A DNA stretch of 64,000 nucleotides from a bacterium (GTDB lineage Bacteria; Bacteroidota; Bacteroidia; NS11-12g; UBA9320), in NCBI GenBank assembly GCA_018223105.1, contig JAAEYY010000001.1:20476-84475 (forward strand). The letters are read 5' to 3'. The notes under the pieces were generated by a model. The model had not been told where the DNA came from, did not search any database, and worked only from the letters and a program-made list of their open reading frames with translations. Of this stretch, positions 10,228 to 19,881 are shown piece by piece. The position numbers and the translations under genes are program-made. Position 1 is the first letter of the stretch. Each line of letters begins with the position of its first letter.

Positions 10228-12000
10228 ATGAGGGTAGTAATTTCAGTTTTTCTTTCATGCGCAATCCTATTCGGGTTTGCTCAGACCAATATCAGAATTA
10301 CAAATGCTGAAGCTAGATCAGTTATCAAGGGCGACTTTGACCCATCACTGTATACCGCTAGTTCAGTGGAGAATGATCACAAAGAGATTATTTGTGGTTT
10401 ACAGCATAGGATTTCTACTGATTCCTTGAAATCGTATATCGAGAAGCTGGAAGGTTTCTCTACCAGACACACATATTCCGATACTTTGAGCAATGAAACC
10501 GGAATTGGCGCTGCCAGAAGGTGGGCCTATTCCAAATTTCAAGAGTTTAGTGCGAACTATGAAAATCGATTAATTCCTGCGTATCTGGAATTTGATTATC
10601 CTTCAGGAGCTTGTGGTCCCGGACTTGCATGGAGAAATGTGTTGGCAGTTTTACCCGGAACCAGCACGGAAGACCACAAAGTGATCATTATTGAAGCACA
10701 TATGGATAGCAGATGTGCAGAAGCATGCGACAGCACATGCTTTGCACCGGGTGCTGATGATAATGGCAGCGGAACCGCTCTGGTAATTGAACTTGCAAGA
10801 GTTTTAAGTCGATATAGCTTTAAACACAGTATTGTTTTTATGCTTACTACAGGAGAGGAGCAAGGGCTTTATGGTGCATCGGCTATGGCTCAGTTTTGCG
10901 CAGATGAAAATGTAGCAATAAAAGCGGTTTTGAATAATGATATTGTAGGTGGAATTGAATGCGGAGAAACAGCAAGCCCTCCGGGTTGTCCATTTGAAGG
11001 TCATTTAGATAGTACGCATGTTAGGCTCTTTACACATGGTAGTTTGGCAACTCCAAATCGCGGTTTAGCCAGAACCATCAAGCTTTATAATGATGAAATG
11101 TTAAAGCCCATGATGTTTATCCCCATGGATGTAGAGATCATGAGTCAAGAAGATAGAACAGGTAGAGGTGGAGATCATATACCATTCAGGTTGCAAGGAT
11201 TTACCAATGTTAGGTTTACTTCTGCAAATGAACACGGCGATGCTGATCCCGGTCCCGATTACACTGATCGGCAGCATACTTCCAGAGATTTGCTCTCGGC
11301 AGATCTAGATTCAAATGGTAGTCCGGATGAGTATTTTGTGAATTTTGAGTATTTGAAACGAAATGCCATTATAAATGGGACTTCCGCAGTGATGATAGCC
11401 TTAGGCCCGGAGACACCGGACTTTGTTTTACATGATGAAGCTACAGGCCTTCGGGTGGAAATCTTGGACTATCAAGAGGGTAGTAGGTATAGGGTAGGAG
11501 TTAGAAACAGTGCACAAACACAAACTTTTGATGCTATGTATCTAACAAGTTCAGAAAGCTTTATCATTCCGAACCTCAATGCCGGTGAAACTTATTTTGT
11601 AAGCATTGCCATTGTGGACGATCTTGATAGAACCAGCCCTTTTAGCTCAGAACAATTTAAATCTAATGATGCGAATACGAGCGAAGCTGAACAAGATCCA
11701 CTCGACTTCTCTATAGATTGTAATCTTGTTGGTGTTGAAGATCTTAGATCTACAGAATATAACTTCATTCAGGTTTACCCAAATCCGAGTAAGGGAATTG
11801 TTAATCTTAGAAACTCAATCAAAGAATATTGTGAAGTGAGTTTCTACACTTCTGAAGGGAAACTCATAGAAACGCTGATAGTAAGCGATGCAGAAATTGC
11901 GGTGGATTTAAGCCTTAATCATGGTATCTATTTCTACGTAATTGTGAGTGAATCCGGACGTATTCAGCAAGGTAAATTAATCATTCAAGATCAGAAATAA
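10228..12000 (+). CDS. M28-family zinc peptidase (aminopeptidase) with T9SS C-terminal sorting domain
   Basis: M28 motifs are present (HMDSR...GADDNGSGTA...TTGEEQGLYGA). The C-terminal ~80 aa (YPNPSKGIVNL...IYFYVIVSESG...GKLIIQ) match a T9SS CTD. Confidence 0.8.
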   Translation: MRVVISVFLSCAILFGFAQTNIRITNAEARSVIKGDFDPSLYTASSVENDHKEIICGLQHRISTDSLKSYIEKLEGFSTRHTYSDTLSNETGIGAARRWAYSKFQEFSANYENRLIPAYLEFDYPSGACGPGLAWRNVLAVLPGTSTEDHKVIIIEAHMDSRCAEACDSTCFAPGADDNGSGTALVIELARVLSRYSFKHSIVFMLTTGEEQGLYGASAMAQFCADENVAIKAVLNNDIVGGIECGETASPPGCPFEGHLDSTHVRLFTHGSLATPNRGLARTIKLYNDEMLKPMMFIPMDVEIMSQEDRTGRGGDHIPFRLQGFTNVRFTSANEHGDADPGPDYTDRQHTSRDLLSADLDSNGSPDEYFVNFEYLKRNAIINGTSAVMIALGPETPDFVLHDEATGLRVEILDYQEGSRYRVGVRNSAQTQTFDAMYLTSSESFIIPNLNAGETYFVSIAIVDDLDRTSPFSSEQFKSNDANTSEAEQDPLDFSIDCNLVGVEDLRSTEYNFIQVYPNPSKGIVNLRNSIKEYCEVSFYTSEGKLIETLIVSDAEIAVDLSLNHGIYFYVIVSESGRIQQGKLIIQDQK

Positions 12001-13202
12001 CTTGCAACTCCAATCTCAATTCCTCTAGTATTTGCTGGTGGATTTCCAAACAGATCTACTTCTTGCTGGAAGCGATAATTAATTCTGAATACAGCAGTTT
12101 GTACCGGTCTGAAGCTTATTCCTAAGACCAATGCAGTTAATTCATCGCCAATAGGCTCATTGGTTTCCTCGAAGTTTTGAAGATTCCAGTCTACATATTC
12201 AAATCGTAATGCGGCATTAAAAACAGCATCATTAAAGCCGAACACAGGACGTTTATAAAAGGGATATATGATGTCTAGAAATCCTCCGGTCTGACTATTG
12301 CCATACTGTCTGTTATAGGTTTCAGGCACATCCACTTGAATGTATACCCATTCGCCCACAACTTGGAGGTCGGTGGTTTGAAAAGAAAAATCAATATCAT
12401 AGCAATGTTGTTTTCTCTCGTTTTCCAAACTCAATTCATCCACTACGGGGTTGTTGTATACACCGCCCATGTAGGATAAGCCTAATTCAAAATTCTTGTA
12501 TCGACCTGCAAGCTTCGCAGTTTGCATTACTTTACCGTTTAAGGTTTCAGTGAATCGAGTTTTATCAGCTTTAGCTGCAGGTAAAAAAGTTCTGGCTTCA
12601 CTGTTGTCGATAATTGTGGAATTAAATCCATGGCTCAAGTAATATTCATAACCGAAAGAAAAATTGGATTTGGTCCATTTACCGTAACTACCTACCCCCG
12701 GGTTGCTCCAGGTTGCGGGTAATAACTGGGTCATGGCAATAGGTCTTTTAATAAACTCCCATTTGGGGCCGTCGTGGTTTTGGTTAAAGGCGCCTATTGG
12801 GTTCATGATTACACCGGATCTTAAATTAAGTAATGGGTGCAGCAATAAATCAACCGCTGCAAATTCAATAGTGAGCTCTTCACCCCCGTTTTCTATTTCC
12901 AGCTCAGATAAAAAGCGCAGCTTGCGGTGGGCTGAGCTAGCAATGAATAAGGTGAGTCTGGGGATGCTGAATTGGTGTCCATCGGTAATGCCGTCTGTAC
13001 CCATATACTGGTAATCCGCTTCCACGTATCCACCTATGGCCGCTATTGAATTCCCGGCTAAAAAAGGTCGTTGATAGACCGCGTCCATATTCATTTTGTC
13101 TGGATCTGATCCATACTGTGGATTTAAGAGACTGCTATCTATTTGGGCGCTCAAATTGAAGCCTAGAATCAAGAATATAATGGCGATAATTTTCCGTTTC
13201 AT
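11991..13202 (-). CDS. Outer-membrane beta-barrel (porin-like) protein, last gene of redox operon
   Basis: Signal peptide (MKRKIIAIIFLILGFNLSAQ), alternating amphipathic beta-strand pattern and a C-terminal aromatic residue (ASYF). Its start overlaps the Rieske gene stop. Confidence 0.55.
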   Translation of the reverse strand: MKRKIIAIIFLILGFNLSAQIDSSLLNPQYGSDPDKMNMDAVYQRPFLAGNSIAAIGGYVEADYQYMGTDGITDGHQFSIPRLTLFIASSAHRKLRFLSELEIENGGEELTIEFAAVDLLLHPLLNLRSGVIMNPIGAFNQNHDGPKWEFIKRPIAMTQLLPATWSNPGVGSYGKWTKSNFSFGYEYYLSHGFNSTIIDNSEARTFLPAAKADKTRFTETLNGKVMQTAKLAGRYKNFELGLSYMGGVYNNPVVDELSLENERKQHCYDIDFSFQTTDLQVVGEWVYIQVDVPETYNRQYGNSQTGGFLDIIYPFYKRPVFGFNDAVFNAALRFEYVDWNLQNFEETNEPIGDELTALVLGISFRPVQTAVFRINYRFQQEVDLFGNPPANTRGIEIGVASYF

Positions 13203-13624
13203 TTTAAAATAATTTGAAGTTTTTCTTCTGTGGTTTGAGTCTGAAATTCTCTCAGATTTTTTGCAGCCGGACCATTCGTTACTTCTCCGTCTGAATTAAA
13301 GGAACTGCCATGGGCCGGACATTGTAATTCCTCCCCAAATAGCTGTAGCTCAACGCCTTGATGTGTGCATTTCATCAAAAAGGCTTTGTATTGATTCTCG
13401 GTCTTAAATACTACCACCGGAATTTTTAAGCTTTTGTGATCTACAATGATCTGATTAAGTTCTTTCTCCTTGTGAATGAAAGCGCTTAAGGGAATCTCTA
13501 AAAATTCTTCATTTAAATTACCCTCAAGAATTCTTTGTGGTGTGCAGGATGAGAGTAAAATTGAAGTGCTTGCAATTCCCATGCAGAGCAAGCATCCTGT
13601 TTTAATAAACTGTTTACGATTCAT
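13199..13624 (-). CDS. Rieske [2Fe-2S] domain protein, likely Tat-exported lipoprotein
   Basis: Carries the CTHQG...CPAHGS (CxH-CxxH) Rieske motifs. Start trimmed to ATG 13624, which gives an RK-QFIK Tat-like motif and a lipobox (LLSSC). Confidence 0.75.
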   Translation of the reverse strand: MNRKQFIKTGCLLCMGIASTSILLSSCTPQRILEGNLNEEFLEIPLSAFIHKEKELNQIIVDHKSLKIPVVVFKTENQYKAFLMKCTHQGVELQLFGEELQCPAHGSSFNSDGEVTNGPAAKNLREFQTQTTEEKLQIILK

Positions 13625-13625
13625 C

Positions 13626-14828
13626 TTAAAGCGATTCGAGGAAAAAGAGAATTTGAGCCTGTTCGGCATTAGTTAAATTAGTGTAAGCCTGTTTTGAGTT
13701 TGAGGCTTCCCCTCCATGCATTAAAATGGCTTCTTCAATACTTTTAGCTCTGCCGTCGTGCATGAGGTAGTGCTGACCGCCTTGGGAATTTTTTGAAAGT
13801 CCGAGTCCCCATAGCCCCGGTGTCCTCCATTCGTAAGTTTGTGCAGAGCCTTCCGTTGCTCCATCGTCTAGTTCCGGACCCATATCATGCAGCAGTAAAT
13901 CTGTGTAAGGGTGAAATATTTTGTTAGATAAGGCTGCAATATCACTTTCCGGAGTGGTCCAAGAAGGGGTGTGGCAAGCCGAACAGTTAATGCTTACAAA
14001 CAGTTGCTGACCTGCAATAAAGTCGGGGTTTTCTGTGTTTCTAGGGATTGGAGCTTTTAGTGTTCTGATGTAAAAGAGAATATCATTTATCGTGCTTTCA
14101 TCCACTTCCGGAGAGTGTAAAAGTCCTGTGGAAGGATCTCTTGGTTCATAAATCGAAGTAACTCCCATATCTTGGTTATACGCCGTAGCAATTTGCTGGA
14201 GAAGATCAATTGCACCTGCTTTCTTCCCAAAACGTCCTACTGCCTTGCCTCCGCTATTATGTATACTTTGTTGCACGAAATAATCCGCAGGATTAGGTCT
14301 GGATGCCACTCCGCTTATGCCATCCATATTTGTATCTAAAGGGTCTTCATTCTCGAGAATCTGCAGGTCGGTTAGAGCAGCTAGAAAACCTAGACCGGTA
14401 ACCGCGGGAGCAATTAGTTTCATGTGAGGAACTCCATCCGGTAAGCTTTCAGGCTCATAACCGGGTAAAGCGCGATTTTGTAATTGAGGAGCGCCTGTTT
14501 TTTCATCAGGAGTCTGTAGCGGTTCTGTCTGTCCAAATCGAATTAAGCTTGTAAATGGATGCCCTTTACCGTCGCCTGCATGACAAGCAGCACAAGAGTT
14601 TGCTACAAAACGAGGTCCAAGTCCTGTTTCTTCAGTAAAGACTTCATCATTAAACGCGATATCACCAGCTAGAAATATTTTGTTTTCTTCATTGGTCAAG
14701 CCTCCAACCGGCCCATCCAGAATACTGTTCTCTTCCGGAGTAGGAGGAATTATTCTCGAACAGGCTGCGATGATGAGTAGAAATAAGAGAATAATAAATG
14801 TTTTTGAACTGCGTATTTGATCATTCAT
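13626..14828 (-). CDS. Di-heme cytochrome c peroxidase-family protein (DUF1111 / MbnH-like), lipoprotein
   Basis: Two CxxCH heme-binding motifs (CAACH, CSACH) and the family hallmark RTPGLWGLG...HYLMHDGRA.SIEEAILMHGGEA. Lipobox IAACS. Confidence 0.75.
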   Translation of the reverse strand: MNDQIRSSKTFIILLFLLIIAACSRIIPPTPEENSILDGPVGGLTNEENKIFLAGDIAFNDEVFTEETGLGPRFVANSCAACHAGDGKGHPFTSLIRFGQTEPLQTPDEKTGAPQLQNRALPGYEPESLPDGVPHMKLIAPAVTGLGFLAALTDLQILENEDPLDTNMDGISGVASRPNPADYFVQQSIHNSGGKAVGRFGKKAGAIDLLQQIATAYNQDMGVTSIYEPRDPSTGLLHSPEVDESTINDILFYIRTLKAPIPRNTENPDFIAGQQLFVSINCSACHTPSWTTPESDIAALSNKIFHPYTDLLLHDMGPELDDGATEGSAQTYEWRTPGLWGLGLSKNSQGGQHYLMHDGRAKSIEEAILMHGGEASNSKQAYTNLTNAEQAQILFFLESL

Positions 14829-14859
14829 AATACTGTGTTAGTGATGCAAAAATAAAAAC

Positions 14860-14873
14860 TTAGACATATCTAA
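14860..14873. promoter_or_regulatory. Candidate metalloregulator operator: inverted repeat TTAGA-N4-TCTAA in the divergent promoter region
   Basis: The sequence ttagacatatctaa sits between the divergent DtxR-family gene and the di-heme/Rieske/porin operon. The TTAG..CTAA half-sites resemble DtxR/IdeR iron-box half-sites. Confidence 0.3.
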
Positions 14874-14912
14874 CAAAAATATTTGACATGAATAGTTATT
14901 TTTGAAATCTAA

Positions 14913-15560
14913 ATGATTTCGTTTACGGAAGAAAACTATCTCAAATCGGTGTTCCATTTATCGAATGTGAGCTCAGAAGTGAGTGTAAAAGATGTTTCTG
15001 CTGACCTTGGTATAAAGATGCCAACGGTTACCAGCATGATGAAGAAATTAGCGGCGAAAGGACTGGTTGAGTACCAGAGCTATAAGCCGGTAAAGTTAAC
15101 GCCAAGAGGACAAACAGAGGCGGCCTTGGTTATACGTAAGCATCGATTAACCGAGATGTTTTTAGTAGAACATATGGGCTTCGGATGGGAGGAAGTTCAT
15201 GAGATTGCTGAACAAATTGAGCATGTGAAAGCACCTGCATTATTTAATAGGATGGATGAGATTATGGGCCACCCAAAAGTAGACCCACATGGATCACCAA
15301 TACCCGATAGACATGGCAAAATAATGAGTAGGAAATTAAGGAAACTTAGCGAGCTTAGTGAAGGAGATACGTTCACAATTGAAGCAGTAACCAACTCAGA
15401 AGACGATTTTCTTAATTATCTCAACCAGAGAGATTTGAGTTTGGGTACAGTGCTTCAGGTTGTGTTTATTGAGCCCTTTGATTTTAGTATTACGGTGAGA
15501 TATAAGGATAAGGAAACCATTCTAAGTAAAACTGTTTCGGATCGACTTCTTGGCGAATAA
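14913..15560 (+). CDS. DtxR/MntR-family metal-dependent transcriptional regulator with C-terminal FeoA/SH3-like domain
   Basis: 215 aa. The N-terminal winged-HTH and metal-binding helix region (VFHLS...MPTVTSMMKKL...RKHRLTEMFLVE...GHPKVDPHGSPIP) plus a C-terminal FeoA-like domain fit the DtxR architecture. Confidence 0.8.
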   Translation: MISFTEENYLKSVFHLSNVSSEVSVKDVSADLGIKMPTVTSMMKKLAAKGLVEYQSYKPVKLTPRGQTEAALVIRKHRLTEMFLVEHMGFGWEEVHEIAEQIEHVKAPALFNRMDEIMGHPKVDPHGSPIPDRHGKIMSRKLRKLSELSEGDTFTIEAVTNSEDDFLNYLNQRDLSLGTVLQVVFIEPFDFSITVRYKDKETILSKTVSDRLLGE

Positions 15561-15688
15561 GGTTTTGTAAAAATACCTCATTTCTATTTTATAATACATA
15601 ATTGCGCTGACTGTATAAATAGCTTACTTTATGTAGTCTGCCCGCTCTAACTTTGCGAAATAACCACGAGTAAAACCTAAGTCTAACT

Positions 15689-16579
15689 ATGTATTATTTC
15701 AAAAAAATCACCCTGGCCATGCTTGTTTTGTTTCTGCCATTCTTGGGATTTAGCCAGAATTGTGGAGTTTTAGATAGTGTGAGCACTAGCATTTCGCATA
15801 ATGGAAACGGAACATCAAATTATTCTTTTGTTTGTTATATATCTACTACATCCGGAGGGGGTAAGAGCGTAAATATTAATATTTACTGTGGTGGCGGCGA
15901 TACCTTAGTTAGTACCACCTGTGAATCAACCTCAACAACACCAACGAGTGTTTCATTTGGTCCATATACCATAAACACCTGCAGCACTCAGCTTTATGTA
16001 GATTGGTATGGGTATACCAACTCAACATGCGGTGGTTCTTCATGCAGTGGTTCTTCAGGTACACCGGTTCCGGTGAGCTGGATAGATTCAAGAATTAATT
16101 GTGAAGATGGACATGCAATGCTCCAGTGGGAGACGGCAAGTGAATGGAACAATAAAGGATTTGAAATCCAACAGAAAGTTGGAGAGAACGAGTATCACAC
16201 TTTAGGATATGTTGCGGGGAAAGGGCAATCACATGAAGTGCAATCCTATTCCTTTGATTTGAATCTTTACGCTGTCCCTGGGGCATATTATCGGGTTAAA
16301 CAAGTAGACTACAGCGGAAATACAAGCTATACAAAAGACATCAAACTCAATTGTGCTGAGAAAGAGATTTACATTTATCCCAACCCGGCAAATAATTCAG
16401 TGAATTTTAGTGAAGAAGTTCACACCTACCGCATTACAGACGCCATGGGCAAGGAAGTTCTTTTCGGTACAATGACATCTACTGTTGATTTAGAGGATTT
16501 AGAATCCGGTTTCTATTTTATTTCTTATGAAATAGAAGGAGTTTGGAGAAAATCGAGTTTTATAAAGGCTGAAAATTAG
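15689..16579 (+). CDS. Cys/Gly/Ser/Thr-rich secreted protein with T9SS C-terminal sorting domain (cargo of unknown function)
   Basis: Signal peptide, followed by a low-complexity Cys-rich N-domain. The C-terminus (IYIYPNPANNSVNF...GFYFISYEIEG...KSSFIKAEN) has T9SS CTD signatures. Confidence 0.6.
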   Translation: MYYFKKITLAMLVLFLPFLGFSQNCGVLDSVSTSISHNGNGTSNYSFVCYISTTSGGGKSVNINIYCGGGDTLVSTTCESTSTTPTSVSFGPYTINTCSTQLYVDWYGYTNSTCGGSSCSGSSGTPVPVSWIDSRINCEDGHAMLQWETASEWNNKGFEIQQKVGENEYHTLGYVAGKGQSHEVQSYSFDLNLYAVPGAYYRVKQVDYSGNTSYTKDIKLNCAEKEIYIYPNPANNSVNFSEEVHTYRITDAMGKEVLFGTMTSTVDLEDLESGFYFISYEIEGVWRKSSFIKAEN

Positions 16580-17655
16580 TTGAGGTCTTCGCGATCTCCT
16601 TCTTCTTCTTTGCCTTCTTCTATAATTTCATGAATCTCTTCAACATCTTCTCGCTCAATTCCTGATTTAGCTTCAATCCCATTTTCATGCTGTGGGAAGA
16701 CCTCAAAAGTGCAAAAGAGCGGAAGGTGATCTGAGCCTACGTTTCTCAAGCTTTCAAAGGTATTGATCTTGATGTTTTTAGAGTGATACATCTGATCAAT
16801 CGGAAATCGAAAGAGAGGGTATTTTGCATGAAAAGTAGATACCAGGCCACGACCCACCCTTGGATCCAATAAACTGGTGATTTTTCTGAAGAGTCTCGGC
16901 GCCTTGCCCCAGGCAACAGTATTAAAATCACCTGCAACAAGTAAAGGCTGTTCAATATCTCTCACATACTTGGCTATAGCCAATAGTTCCCCATCTCGTT
17001 CTTTACTGTTCGGCTCTTCTGTTGGACTTGGTGGAGGTGGATGAACCCCAAATAATACGAATGAACTTTGTTCATCTTCAAAATGGGCTTCAATACTTGG
17101 AAGGTCATCCGAAATAAAAAAATGAGTTTCCGTTTTTTGAAATTTCACTTTGCTATATAGATGCATTCCATAGGTGTTTTCGAGTGGAACCTTTACGGCA
17201 TAGGGATAATCTTGCTCAATTTCTTGAAGCGCCTCCTCCCAATCTTTGTTTGATTCAATAGTTAAAACGATATCCGGTTTTACGGCCTCAATCAACTTGA
17301 TTAACTCACCATACTTCGTATTTGGCTGGTAAACATTAATACAGAGCAAAGAATACTCTGTTCCTTTACCTTTTATTTCTATTCTTGATTTCTTCCCAAA
17401 TATTTTGGTATAAGGGTAGAGTAGAAAAAAATTGTAACCGGCAGTTAGAATTACAGCGCCTGTAAGTAGATGGATGTTATAATCTTCTATACCACTAATT
17501 GCATAAAGAAATAAGTATAGTACCTGAAGTGCAATCAGGTGGGCCGTAGCAAATTCAAATATTCTAAATAATACATGGCTGTGGTTCACCATAGGTAATA
17601 TGGAACACAGAATAAGAATGCTAGCTGAAATAATGAATGCTAATTCGATACACAA
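16576..17655 (-). CDS. Endonuclease/exonuclease/phosphatase (EEP) family membrane protein
   Basis: N-terminal TM helices, then EEP motifs (DIVLTIES...AGDFNTVAWG...GSDHLPLF). Confidence 0.7.
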   Translation of the reverse strand: MCIELAFIISASILILCSILPMVNHSHVLFRIFEFATAHLIALQVLYLFLYAISGIEDYNIHLLTGAVILTAGYNFFLLYPYTKIFGKKSRIEIKGKGTEYSLLCINVYQPNTKYGELIKLIEAVKPDIVLTIESNKDWEEALQEIEQDYPYAVKVPLENTYGMHLYSKVKFQKTETHFFISDDLPSIEAHFEDEQSSFVLFGVHPPPPSPTEEPNSKERDGELLAIAKYVRDIEQPLLVAGDFNTVAWGKAPRLFRKITSLLDPRVGRGLVSTFHAKYPLFRFPIDQMYHSKNIKINTFESLRNVGSDHLPLFCTFEVFPQHENGIEAKSGIEREDVEEIHEIIEEGKEEEGDREDLN

Positions 17656-17814
17656 AGATCGTTAAAAAAGAAATAGAAATTTCTGGGCATGTATTTCCTC
17701 AGCATGTGGTAAGCTTTCTACTTTTTGATGTATATAGATTGCATTAATGTGCTGATATGCAGGCTGTTGAGGTTTTGGTTGTTGCTTTGTGATTTAACCT
17801 TAAAACGAAACATT

Positions 17815-18780
17815 ATGAAGAAAAGTAAATTGAAACTAAACCCAAAATTCTTAATCGCGCTTTTCGCGATAAGTGTAATTTTTATTGGATGTAAAGACAA
17901 TGATGATCCTAATCCCAACAACGACGGCGATACCTATTCGGCAAGATTTGAAGCGACAGATGCTCCAATTGACAATGCAGAAGTAGATGCAGTCTTTGTT
18001 ACCGTTGCAGAGGTTTGGGTAGATGATCAACAAATGGAGGGATTTCAGAAAACAACTCTTGAGTTATCTGCTCTTACGAATGGAAACACAGAGTTACTCG
18101 GCGAATTTGAATCTGAGTCTTCTACTATGAGTGAAGTAACACTTGTACTAGATTATGATTTTGATGCTGAAGGAAATGCTCCAGGATCTTATGTGTTACT
18201 AGAAGGCGGAACTAAAGATCAAATTAGCTCAAGTTCGAATGAAATCAAGTTGACCAACAATGCCATGCTCGAAGCTAACAGCACTAAGACCTTTGTTATC
18301 GACTTTGACTTAAGAAAGATAATTACCGAAACTGGTAGTGACTTTGAACTAGTAACTAATGCAGAGCTTGAAACTCATATTAGAACCGTGGAGGCATCTG
18401 CTACTAGTACCGTTGAAGGTAATATAGAAGGGATGTCGAGTACTGATTCAGCTAAGACAGTTGTGTATTTATACAGAAAAGGAGAATTTGATGCCAGTAC
18501 TGAACTTGCTGGTGAAGGACAAAGTGACGTGCAATTTGCTAATGCAGTAAATAGCAATGTTGCGAGTGATAATGGAGATTTTAGACTTTCATTTATTGAA
18601 GAAGGAGAATACGAATTATATGTGTTCAACTATTCAGATGAAGATAACGACGGAAGATTTGAAGTAGATGCCATGGCTCAATTGCAATTAGGAACAAATT
18701 TAGATTTCTCTGATGTAAGCGTAAGCAGCGATTCAGATGTGAATCTTGATTTAGAAGTTGGGGCATTGTTGCCATTGTAA
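17815..18780 (+). CDS. Hypothetical lipoprotein (acidic, beta-rich; possibly DUF4382-like)
   Basis: Start trimmed to ATG 17815 (MKKSKLKLNPKFLIALFAISVIFIGCKDN), which has a lipobox. Family assignment is tentative. Confidence 0.5.
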   Translation: MKKSKLKLNPKFLIALFAISVIFIGCKDNDDPNPNNDGDTYSARFEATDAPIDNAEVDAVFVTVAEVWVDDQQMEGFQKTTLELSALTNGNTELLGEFESESSTMSEVTLVLDYDFDAEGNAPGSYVLLEGGTKDQISSSSNEIKLTNNAMLEANSTKTFVIDFDLRKIITETGSDFELVTNAELETHIRTVEASATSTVEGNIEGMSSTDSAKTVVYLYRKGEFDASTELAGEGQSDVQFANAVNSNVASDNGDFRLSFIEEGEYELYVFNYSDEDNDGRFEVDAMAQLQLGTNLDFSDVSVSSDSDVNLDLEVGALLPL

Positions 18781-18804
18781 GACTTCAATTATTGACTATG
18801 ACTC

Positions 18805-18834
18805 AAAGCCGGCATAATTGTCGGCTTTTTCTTT
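18805..18834 (+). terminator. Rho-independent terminator after lipoprotein gene
   Basis: Hairpin aagccggca-taat-tgtcggctt (9 bp stem with one GU pair) followed by tttttcttt, 25 nt after the stop codon. Confidence 0.6.
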
Positions 18835-18960
18835 GTCTACTATTGAGTAAATGTTCTACACAGACAAGGAATAGTATCTACACACCGATAAGACTGAATT
18901 GTGTAAGTGTCATATAACCAGCAGATTATATTAGGGTCTGGTCTTTGAATTATACCAAGC

Positions 18961-19368
18961 ATGAAGAAAATTAATATATTAATTCTATGTGTAGCCTTTG
19001 TATTTGCATCCTGTAAATATGAAGAGGGTCCGGCAATTAGTTTATCTACAAAAAAGGATAGAGTAGCTAATACCTGGAATGTTTATGAAGCTACGAACGA
19101 TGGTGAAGATGTAACAGATAGTTATGATCAGTTCACTCTTATGACAGCTGAAGACGGTGATGCTTCTTTGGTTGCAACTTATACTTTTGGTGACATCACA
19201 TATCAATATGAAACCGATGGAACATGGGAATTTGACAACAACAAAGAAAATCTCGTCCTCGACTTTGAAGACGATGACGCAGATAGAACCTATATGATCC
19301 TGAGGTTAACAGAAGATGAAATGTGGCTAAGGGAAAAAGGAGAAGATCTGGAACTGAAGCTTAACTAA
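18961..19368 (+). CDS. Small lipoprotein, lipocalin-like
   Basis: Lipobox FASCKYEEG. Acidic, 135 aa. Confidence 0.5.
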   Translation: MKKINILILCVAFVFASCKYEEGPAISLSTKKDRVANTWNVYEATNDGEDVTDSYDQFTLMTAEDGDASLVATYTFGDITYQYETDGTWEFDNNKENLVLDFEDDDADRTYMILRLTEDEMWLREKGEDLELKLN

Positions 19369-19381
19369 GTTTGAACTGAGT

Positions 19382-19412
19382 AATGGTGTCTGCTTTGCGG
19401 GCACCATTTTAT
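19382..19412 (+). terminator. Possible rho-independent terminator
   Basis: GC-rich imperfect hairpin aatggtg..tctgctttgcggg..caccatt followed by ttatt. Confidence 0.4.
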
Positions 19413-19509
19413 TGATTGGCTTTTAGTTTTAGTACTTATATTTAACCACATGAAAGTGTAGCAAAGGATAAGTGCAGAGTTTAACTTTAATATTAATTGC
19501 ATTGAATAG

Positions 19510-19881
19510 ATGAATACTACCCACAAAAAAGTACTGATTCTTGAGGATGATGATGATGCAGGACTTTTAGTAGCTCGAATGCTGGAAAGCAATGGTTTTA
19601 AAACCGAGGTAGTGAAAAAAATCTCATCTGCAAAGTCTAAAATTGCACAAGAACCAGACTACGATTTATTATTTTTTGATTATAACTTACCCGATGGCAA
19701 TAGTTTTGATTTAATACGAAATCTGAATGAAGACTACAGTTCTCCGATTATTGTGTATAGTGCATACTTAACTGAGTCTGACCGTGAGGAGGCCAAAGCT
19801 CTTGGAGTCTTAGATTGCTTAAAGAAACCTATTGATAATCAAGTTATTTTCGCCACACTTAAAAGACACGAACTCATCTGA
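19510..19881 (+). CDS. Response regulator, stand-alone receiver (CheY-like) domain
   Basis: KKVLILEDDDD...FFDYNLPDG...LKKP match receiver-domain acidic pocket and K residues. Its stop overlaps the start of the next gene (TGATG). Confidence 0.8.
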   Translation: MNTTHKKVLILEDDDDAGLLVARMLESNGFKTEVVKKISSAKSKIAQEPDYDLLFFDYNLPDGNSFDLIRNLNEDYSSPIIVYSAYLTESDREEAKALGVLDCLKKPIDNQVIFATLKRHELI

